Positions 15,654 to 21,470 of a stretch of 21,470 nucleotides of DNA are shown here, in pieces (the first letter of the stretch is position 1; every line of letters starts with the position of its first letter). Origin of the DNA: Verrucomicrobia bacterium UBA3869 (lineage in GTDB: Bacteria; Verrucomicrobiota; Verrucomicrobiia; Opitutales; UBA9783); assembly GCA_002392285.1 (NCBI GenBank), contig DGGR01000013.1, forward strand, positions 1 to 21,470. The letters run 5' to 3'. The notes under the pieces are model-generated. The model did not search any database, had not been told where the DNA came from, and saw only the letters and a list, made by a program, of their open reading frames with translations. Position numbers and translations under genes: made by a program.

Positions 15654-16774
15654 GATATGAGTTCGTATAACCCATCGGGTCGGCGCTTAATCCAATGATT
15701 TACCTCGAGGTGAAAGATGAAGGTTTGAAAGAATTCAGGCTTTAGGTCCAGTAATTCACAAATTTCTGCATCACACAGGGCCCCCTTTTCTTCCAGCAAT
15801 TCATAAATCTGCAACTCATTTGAATTAAGGTCTGGCTTACTGCCGCTTTTAACCCGCTGAACACGGGCGCCAAGATCTAATTGCAAGGGCAAGGGTGGCG
15901 CGCTTTTTAAATCTTCTAACACATCATCAACGCAGGTTACCAAGGTGGCTCCATTGCGGATTAAATGGTGACAGCCGCGATGCATAGGCGCATCAATTGG
16001 CCCAGGAACCGCAAATACCTGCCGATTTTGTTCGTTAGCCAGTACGGCCGTTAACATACTGCCGCCTTTGATATCCGATTCAACCACCAAAGTTGCTTGG
16101 GTCATGCCAGATAAAATCCGATTCCTTCGCGGAAAGGTCATCCGTCCTACTTGTGTCCCAAATGGGAATTCGGATACTAAGCACCCCTGTTCTTTAATTT
16201 GGGCGTATAAATCTACATTTTCGCAGGGATAAATGTAATCCAGACCGCATCCCAAAACCGCAATGGTATAACCGTGGGCTTTAAGTGCGCCTTTGTGTGC
16301 TGCCGTATCTATCCCGCGTGCAAACCCTCCAACTACTGTCCAGTTTCTTTCGGCTAATTCAATTCCAAAGCGTTCGGCAATCTGTAGCCCGTAAACATCT
16401 GCGTAACGGCTACCTATGATGGCAATTGAGTTTCGTTCTGGGTAAAAATTTCCTAAATAATACAACCCAATCGGTGGATCATAGATAGTTTTTAACAACT
16501 GGGGATACGAAGGATGCTCAAACGAGATAAAATGAGCACCTGTTTTTTCTAGGTGCTGCTTTTCTTTATCGAAATTGAACAATTTTTGCCATTCCTTTAG
16601 CGATTTAATGACTCCTGCCGGAATTGCAATACGTTTAAAATCGTCCTCTTTGCCCTGAAGAATGGCTTGGGGATCATTGTCAAAATACTGTAAAAGTTTG
16701 TTGAGAGTAATCCAGCCAATTTTGGGAAGCGCATTTAAAATCAAAAAAGCATCTTCTCGAGAAAAGGTAGTCAC
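15650..16774 (-). CDS. dprA: DNA-processing protein DprA (Smf)
   Basis: 374 aa with the Rossmann-like core GSRYADVYG...VVGGFARGIDTAAHKGAL...AVLGCGLDYIYPCEN. The start codon in the track is GTG (16774..16772). Confidence 0.85.
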   Translation of the reverse strand: MTTFSREDAFLILNALPKIGWITLNKLLQYFDNDPQAILQGKEDDFKRIAIPAGVIKSLKEWQKLFNFDKEKQHLEKTGAHFISFEHPSYPQLLKTIYDPPIGLYYLGNFYPERNSIAIIGSRYADVYGLQIAERFGIELAERNWTVVGGFARGIDTAAHKGALKAHGYTIAVLGCGLDYIYPCENVDLYAQIKEQGCLVSEFPFGTQVGRMTFPRRNRILSGMTQATLVVESDIKGGSMLTAVLANEQNRQVFAVPGPIDAPMHRGCHHLIRNGATLVTCVDDVLEDLKSAPPLPLQLDLGARVQRVKSGSKPDLNSNELQIYELLEEKGALCDAEICELLDLKPEFFQTFIFHLEVNHWIKRRPDGLYELIS

Positions 16775-16807
16775 ACAAACTTAACAGATAAGCGTTAAAT
16801 TGAAAAA

Positions 16808-16836
16808 ATTATAGGTTTCTTTATGAAGGCTACTAA
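16808..16836 (-). promoter_or_regulatory. Possible promoter for dprA (TTAGTA-N17-TATAAT)
   Basis: On the minus strand there is a consensus TATAAT at 16813..16808, with a weak -35 TTAGTA at 16836..16831. Confidence 0.3.
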
Positions 16837-16844
16837 TTGCTTAA

Positions 16845-17096
16845 TTAAGCAGCCGGTTGATTAACTGCTACTTTACGATGGGCTTTGTCCCATACAACGA
16901 TGCCATCGATTAAAGCGAACAAGGTAAAATCCCTACCGAGTCCGACATTTAAACCAGGACGATATTTGGTACCCCGTTGACGCATTAGGATGGTTCCTGC
17001 ATGGACTAGTTCCCCACTATAACGTTTTACACCTAAATTTTTACAACGACTATCGCGTCCGTTTTTCGACGAACCTTGTGCGGCATGATGCGACAT
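16845..17096 (-). CDS. rpmA: 50S ribosomal protein L27
   Basis: 83 aa reading [60 protein letters not shown]. Confidence 0.95.
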   Translation of the reverse strand: MSHHAAQGSSKNGRDSRCKNLGVKRYSGELVHAGTILMRQRGTKYRPGLNVGLGRDFTLFALIDGIVVWDKAHRKVAVNQPAA

Positions 17097-17108
17097 ATAA
17101 CCCTCTCT

Positions 17109-17426
17109 TTATTTTACCTTAATGGATTCAACGCGAATAACCGAAAGTTCTTGGCGAAATCCTTGTTTCCGTTGAAATCCTCCGCGACGACGATGTTTTA
17201 AAATATGAACTTTATGGTCGCGCTTGTTTTCTAAAATTTTAACTTGCACTACTGCATTTTTTAATAAGGGATTACCAAAACGTACATCCGCACCATCTTC
17301 GCACATCAACACATCTTTAATATCGAGGGTCTTACCTGCTTCTGTATTGGGATAACGGTTAACCTTCAAGATATCGCCCTCTTGAACTGTGAATTGTCGT
17401 CCTTGTGTTTGAATAACCGCTTTCAT
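17109..17426 (-). CDS. rplU: 50S ribosomal protein L21
   Basis: 105 aa starting [20 protein letters not shown], with ...[21 protein letters not shown]. It lies immediately upstream of rpmA. Confidence 0.95.
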   Translation of the reverse strand: MKAVIQTQGRQFTVQEGDILKVNRYPNTEAGKTLDIKDVLMCEDGADVRFGNPLLKNAVVQVKILENKRDHKVHILKHRRRGGFQRKQGFRQELSVIRVESIKVK

Positions 17427-17587
17427 GATTGCCCTTTACTAAAACCGAAATTTTGTCTTTTGCAAGCTATTTTTAGGTAAAAATGTGAAGATTTTTCAAA
17501 AAACATCCCTATAGGATTTTGAGGGAGATACATCAAGAAGGCTTGGACAGCCTATCTTTAGGGCACATCTTCAGCATTATAAATTAC

Positions 17588-17662
17588 TGGCGTCCCGTAG
17601 GAGAATCGAACTCCTGTTGCCGGGATGAAAACCCGATGTCCTAACCTCTAGACGAACAGGAC
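17588..17662 (-). tRNA. tRNA-Glu (anticodon UUC), CCA encoded
   Basis: I folded the reverse complement manually. It reads GTCCTGT TC GTCT AGAGGTT AGGAC A TCGGG TTTTCAT CCCGG CAAC AGGAG TTCGATT CTCCT ACGGGAC G CCA, a 75-nt cloverleaf close to the E. coli tRNA-Glu layout. Confidence 0.9.
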
Positions 17663-17745
17663 GCTTGAAATATTCTATAAGCAAAGGTTTTTATCAGAAA
17701 AATGCAAATTCTTTTACTTATTTTTTAACAAATAGCCCCAGAAAA

Positions 17746-18624
17746 CTATAAAATCCAGCGATCTATGGGGATTTGATGGCGTAGCCAAGTTAGCTGTTTT
17801 TTGACCAAAGCGTAGGTGTTATGAACAATTTCTTGTTCTAGTTCCTGCACGGAGCTTGGATGTTTTAAAAAAGCTAAGGTTTCGCGATAACCAATGGCGG
17901 AAGTTGCAGGGTACCCTGGAAGTAATTTATGAGCCTCATTAAGGCGTTGGACCTCATCAACCAACCCCATTTGTAGCATGGCATGCGTACGCGCCCGAAT
18001 GCGCCATTTAAGCACCTCTAGGGGTTTTTGAATACACAGGGTGAGCTTTTGAAAATGCGCGTAGGGAATGGGTTGTGCTTTAAATTGGCTTGTAAGTTCT
18101 TCCAGTGGTAATCCGGATGACAGGCACCGTTCTAATAGCTTTTTAATAAGCCGCGGGTTTTTTGTGTCGAGAGATGGGGGTAAGTTCGGATTTAAGGCCT
18201 GCAGTCGTTTTAGGCAACTTTCAAAGCCTTTCTGTTGTTCTAAGTCCGCAATTTGCTGGCGAATGGCAAAATCGGGCGCTAGGTCATCTACCATGGGGCT
18301 TAAAAAGCTTTTCAAATAGAAGCCGGATCCCCCTACCACCAATACGTTTTTGTTGCGACTTGTTATATCCTCAACGCGTTGCTGAGCGTATTGAATAAAA
18401 GTTTTAATGGAAAAGTAGCTGTTGGGTTCAGTAATATCGATGCCCCAATGAGGAACTTGGGCGCGTTCCAAAGGACTTGGTTTAGCGGTACCGATGTCCA
18501 TGCCGCGATAGAATAACGAAGCGTCGCATGATAGAATTTCACAGTTATAGCGTTGAGCCAAAGTTAAGGCCAATTCCGTTTTGCCCGATGCAGTGGGGCC
18601 TGCTAATAATATCATGAGGGGCAT
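17746..18624 (-). CDS. miaA: tRNA dimethylallyltransferase
   Basis: 292 aa with the P-loop LLAGPTASGKT followed by SCDASLFYRGMDIGTAKPS. Confidence 0.9.
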   Translation of the reverse strand: MPLMILLAGPTASGKTELALTLAQRYNCEILSCDASLFYRGMDIGTAKPSPLERAQVPHWGIDITEPNSYFSIKTFIQYAQQRVEDITSRNKNVLVVGGSGFYLKSFLSPMVDDLAPDFAIRQQIADLEQQKGFESCLKRLQALNPNLPPSLDTKNPRLIKKLLERCLSSGLPLEELTSQFKAQPIPYAHFQKLTLCIQKPLEVLKWRIRARTHAMLQMGLVDEVQRLNEAHKLLPGYPATSAIGYRETLAFLKHPSSVQELEQEIVHNTYALVKKQLTWLRHQIPIDRWIL

Positions 18625-18645
18625 ACTATTTTCCGCTTACTAACG

Positions 18646-18674
18646 TACTTAGTTTTTTAATGTAATCATGTTAA
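18646..18674 (-). promoter_or_regulatory. Possible promoter for miaA (TTAACA-N17-TAAGTA)
   Basis: The minus strand reads ttaaca(18674..18669)-17 nt-taagta(18651..18646), about 21 nt upstream of the ATG. Confidence 0.3.
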
Positions 18675-18708
18675 TGACGGAATACGCTAAGGATAGCAAC
18701 GAAAAAGG

Positions 18709-18738
18709 TTGACGGTAGATTTTGTTTATTCATATTAA
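18709..18738 (+). promoter_or_regulatory. Putative promoter for tRNA-Phe / mraY-murD (TTGACG-N18-TATTAA)
   Basis: TTGACG at 18709..18714 and TATTAA at 18733..18738. The tRNA 5' end is 14 nt downstream of the -10. Confidence 0.45.
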
Positions 18739-18752
18739 TGTTGTAAGTTTGT

Positions 18753-18828
18753 GGCAAGGTAGCTCAGTCGGTAGAGCAGAGGCCTGAAAAGCCTTGTGTC
18801 GGTGGTTCGAGTCCACTCCTAGCCACCA
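18753..18828 (+). tRNA. tRNA-Phe (anticodon GAA), CCA encoded
   Basis: Manual fold: GGCAAGG TA GCTC AGTCGGT AGAGC A GAGGC CTGAAAA GCCTT GTGTC GGTGG TTCGAGT CCACT CCTAGCC A CCA. There is one A4:A69 mismatch in the acceptor stem. Confidence 0.9.
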
Positions 18829-18882
18829 GTAATAAAACTCGAGTTTGCAGCCAATTAGCGTTATCATTCTTATTAGAAGAAC

Positions 18883-20001
18883 ATGCTCTATTATTTGTGC
18901 TTATTGGAATCAATCTGCGGACCCTTGCGATTATTTCGTTATGTAACGTTTCGCAGTGCCATGGGCTGTGTAACGGCATTATTGTGGGGGTTGTGGATTA
19001 GTCCAAAAATCTTTAAGTGGCTTCAGCGATTGAACGCAATCAATACCGAACGTACTGCAGAGGTATTTGAGGTAAAAAGTGTGTTTAATCAGCTGGAACA
19101 ATTACATCAAGGCAAGAAGCATACGACCTCCATGGGAGGTGTTGCAATTGTTTTGGGTGTATTGATTACTGCCTTATTGTGGATGAAACCCAATGTATAT
19201 AGTTGTAGTGCCTTGGTTGTGGGATTGTTGATGGGGGTATTGGGTTTAACGGATGATTTACTGAAAGTAAAATGTAAAAATGCGCGCGGGGTTAGTAGCC
19301 ACGTTAAATGGTTAGCGCAGGGGTTAGTAACATTGGGTTTGCTGTACTTTTTGCTAAGAATTCCCGAAGTGGGTTCGAAGATAGATGGGCTTCAATTGCC
19401 GTTCTTCAAACATCCTTGGGTAACGACCTTACCGCCTATGCTCTTATTTTTGTTTTGGTTTTTTGTTATTTCTGGGACCAGCAATGGGGTTAATTTAACC
19501 GATGGAATGGATGGATTGGCTATTGGCTGTTCGGTGATTGTGTTACTGACTTATTCTATAGTTACTTATTGTACGGGTAATATTAACTTTAGCCATTACT
19601 TAAACATTCCCTATTTGCGCGGTGTCGAAGAATTAACAGTGTTATGTTGGGGAGTAGCAGGCGCAGGCATAGCTTTCTTGTGGTTTAATACCTACCCAGC
19701 GGAAATCTTTATGGGGGATACTGGTTCATTGGCGATCGGCACTTGGATTGCGTGTGTTGCGCTGATTACCCAACAAGCCTTTACCTTAGTAATAATTGGC
19801 TTTGTTTTTGTAATTGAAACGCTATCGGTTATCCTCCAGCTTACTTCGCTCAAACTGTTCCATAAACGTTGCTTTAAGTTGGCGCCGATTCATCACCATT
19901 TTGAATTATCAGGCTTATCGGAACCCAAAATTGTGGTGCGCTTTTGGATTATTTCAGTGCTATGTGCCCTCATGGGGCTTATGACGTTAAAATTGCGGTA
20001 A
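18883..20001 (+). CDS. mraY: Phospho-N-acetylmuramoyl-pentapeptide transferase
   Basis: 372 aa and polytopic, with the motifs LTDDLLKV, NGVNLTDGMDGLA and FMGDTGSLAIG. Confidence 0.95.
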   Translation: MLYYLCLLESICGPLRLFRYVTFRSAMGCVTALLWGLWISPKIFKWLQRLNAINTERTAEVFEVKSVFNQLEQLHQGKKHTTSMGGVAIVLGVLITALLWMKPNVYSCSALVVGLLMGVLGLTDDLLKVKCKNARGVSSHVKWLAQGLVTLGLLYFLLRIPEVGSKIDGLQLPFFKHPWVTTLPPMLLFLFWFFVISGTSNGVNLTDGMDGLAIGCSVIVLLTYSIVTYCTGNINFSHYLNIPYLRGVEELTVLCWGVAGAGIAFLWFNTYPAEIFMGDTGSLAIGTWIACVALITQQAFTLVIIGFVFVIETLSVILQLTSLKLFHKRCFKLAPIHHHFELSGLSEPKIVVRFWIISVLCALMGLMTLKLR

Positions 20002-20003
20002 CC

Positions 20004-21263
20004 ATGCAGTGCAAATTAGAGCCGTTTTTGCATAAAAAACCATTGGTTGGAATTTTTGGGGCTGGCTTATCAGGGAAAGGAGCAGCAAATTTATGTAAAG
20101 CGCTCCATTGGTCTTATGAGCTGTTAGATGAGCAAGAAGCACAGTCGCCGCGCTTTGAATCCTACGGCCTGTGTATCTTTAGCCCAGGTTTTGCTCCCCA
20201 TCATCCTTGGAGAATTCAAGCGCAACGGGCTCATGCGCTCTGTGTTAATGAACTGGATTTTGCAGCTACCTGCTTTACCAATCCGATTATAGCGGTAACC
20301 GGTACCAATGGGAAGACCTCGGTAACGGAGTTGATGGCTCAATTGTTGCGGGATAATGGACAGGAAGCGTTATCGGTAGGTAATAACGGCTGTGTGTTAT
20401 CGCAAGCGGTTGCAGATGCAGCGTTATCCGACCAAGGAGTGTATGTGTGCGAAGTCAGTTCGTTTCAAGCAGCCTCCTTACAATGGTTTCGTCCAATTTG
20501 TACTCTATGGACCAACTTTGCTCCGGATCATTTGGACTACCACGGCGGATTGAAAGAGTATTTTTTGGCGAAATACCATCTGTTGACCTTAACGGATGGT
20601 CCGTGTATCTGCGGCCCTAATTTACGGGAATGGATGGAGCATTTTGGGGTATCATGCCCTACTCTGCAGTTTGTTGAACCGGATGCGGTCAAAAATCAGG
20701 AACTAACCCAGTTTCCCAACAGCTTTTCTTATGGCCAACGTGAGAATTTTGCTCTCATTCAAACTTATGCGCGTTTAAAGGGAATTGATGATGCAATTGT
20801 TGCTCATTGCCTAACGCACTTTAAACAAGCACCTCACCGACTCCATTGTTGCTGCAAAACGGATACAGTGGCGTTTTGGAACGATTCCAAGGGTACCAAT
20901 TTGCATGCAGTTAAAGCAGCTTTGGAAAGTTTGAAGCACCTACCGCATTTACATTGGATTTTAGGGGGCGGCAGCAAGGGTGAAGCGTTGCAAGGATTTA
21001 TCGATTTATTGAATGCTTATCCGATTGAACAAATTTATTTAGTAGGTGAAACGGGCGAACAATTGTTTGAGCAAGCCCATCAATTTCATGCATCCGTACA
21101 GCATTGTAAACGCTTAGAACAAGTATTTATACAATTACCTCAAAAGGCACCCTTCAATTTAGTACTTAGCCCCGGTTTTACCAGCTGGGATCAGTTTTCA
21201 TCCTATGCAGAACGCGGGGACTTGTTTGAACGCTTAGCTCAGCAGTATATCGCCGCTTCGTAA
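20004..21263 (+). CDS. murD: UDP-N-acetylmuramoylalanine--D-glutamate ligase
   Basis: Rossmann N-terminus (VGIFGAGLSGKG) and Mur ligase P-loop (IAVTGTNGKTS). I place the start at ATG 20004, 2 nt after the mraY stop, rather than at the ORF-track start 19944, which lies inside mraY. Confidence 0.9.
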   Translation: MQCKLEPFLHKKPLVGIFGAGLSGKGAANLCKALHWSYELLDEQEAQSPRFESYGLCIFSPGFAPHHPWRIQAQRAHALCVNELDFAATCFTNPIIAVTGTNGKTSVTELMAQLLRDNGQEALSVGNNGCVLSQAVADAALSDQGVYVCEVSSFQAASLQWFRPICTLWTNFAPDHLDYHGGLKEYFLAKYHLLTLTDGPCICGPNLREWMEHFGVSCPTLQFVEPDAVKNQELTQFPNSFSYGQRENFALIQTYARLKGIDDAIVAHCLTHFKQAPHRLHCCCKTDTVAFWNDSKGTNLHAVKAALESLKHLPHLHWILGGGSKGEALQGFIDLLNAYPIEQIYLVGETGEQLFEQAHQFHASVQHCKRLEQVFIQLPQKAPFNLVLSPGFTSWDQFSSYAERGDLFERLAQQYIAAS

Positions 21264-21268
21264 CGTCC

Positions 21269-21470
21269 TTAGAAGGATCTCCCTACACCGATATAGACCT
21301 GGTCGGAATGGAGGTTAGCCAATTTTGGGATGGTATAGCCGTACAACTTAGCGCCGAACATCTGATGTAGCCCGATATGGCGGTAACCGACTTCGAACAG
21401 CGTTTCGAACTTTTCGGCGCGTACAAACAGGGTAAAGTTATAGAGCAACGAACCGGAATGGACGTACTTA
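21269..21470 (-). CDS. C-terminal 66 codons of a probable outer-membrane beta-barrel protein (gene continues past window end)
   Basis: Manual minus-strand translation is open to the window edge. It ends ...FEVGYRHIGLHQMFGAKLYGYTIPKLANLHSDQVYIGVGRSF-stop (TAA 21271..21269). The alternating hydrophobic pattern and terminal Phe are typical of OMP last strands. Confidence 0.4.
   Translation of the reverse strand, partial: KYVHSGSLLYNFTLFVRAEKFETLFEVGYRHIGLHQMFGAKLYGYTIPKLANLHSDQVYIGVGRSF

Noticed and set aside
16839-16850. Perfect 12-bp palindrome GCTTAATTAAGC overlapping the rpmA stop codon as a terminator
   Set aside because: The stem would be only about 4 bp, with an all-A/T centre and no U-tract. 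It is not a credible intrinsic terminator.
18660-18705. 14-codon ORF (MLMTEYAKDSNEKG) in the miaA / tRNA-Phe intergenic region, and a similar 14-codon ORF in the rplU leader
   Set aside because: They are too short, have no RBS and have no supporting features. They are indistinguishable from chance.
18068-20342. Short ORF-track entries 18068..18319(+), 18162..18398(+), 18764..18979(-), 19308..19493(+), 20124..20342(-)
   Set aside because: They are nested in miaA, mraY or murD, or run antisense across tRNA-Phe. They are shadow ORFs.
1-21470. Mobile elements, CRISPR arrays, prophage or defence-island signatures, toxin-antitoxin pairs
   Set aside because: I found no repeat-spacer periodicity, no terminal inverted repeats, no integrase, transposase or recombinase-like ORFs, and no tRNA-adjacent insertion (both tRNAs are flanked directly by housekeeping genes). 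Sampled composition looks uniform. The window appears to be core chromosome.

Overview
This is a gene-dense 21.5-kb chromosomal segment from a diderm bacterium. GC is roughly in the low 40s percent, judged only from a few sampled lines. I support 24 complete CDS, 2 truncated CDS at the window edges (found by manual translation, absent from the ORF track) and 2 tRNAs (Glu-UUC, Phe-GAA). Most of the content is housekeeping. On the minus strand, 13817 down to 1 is an unbroken co-directional run: DMT transporter, metK, a 132-aa unknown, an atypical formyltransferase-fold protein, ECF sigma, a putative anti-sigma, an S1-PDZ protease, accB, accC, an Asp23/AmaP-like membrane protein, trpS, a prepilin-type protein, pyrG, pal, lpxK, holA and the pgk 5' end. 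Next come a divergent SDF-family transporter (+), then MBL hydrolase, dprA, rpmA, rplU, tRNA-Glu and miaA (-), then tRNA-Phe, mraY and murD (+), and the 3' end of a probable outer-membrane beta-barrel gene (-). Many gene junctions are ATGA overlaps or gaps of a few nucleotides. I see no CRISPR array, IS or transposon, integrase, prophage, toxin-antitoxin pair or recognisable defence island, and no obvious compositional island. The origin cannot be fixed by eye. lpxK, pal and the OMP indicate a diderm. The GDRPTG-type TrpRS, prepilin-like protein, isolated mraY-murD next to miaA and DMT carrier beside metK are weakly reminiscent of PVC/Chlamydiae-like lineages, but this is a guess. There is no clear-cut novel multi-gene system. 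The best candidates are (1) the DMT-metK-unknown-formyltransferase-like block at 10517-13817, (2) the ECF sigma/anti-sigma/PDZ-protease cassette fused onto accBC plus an Asp23-like gene, and (3) a divergent SDF transporter lacking the substrate arginine. All functional calls rest on motif recognition by eye, with no database search.
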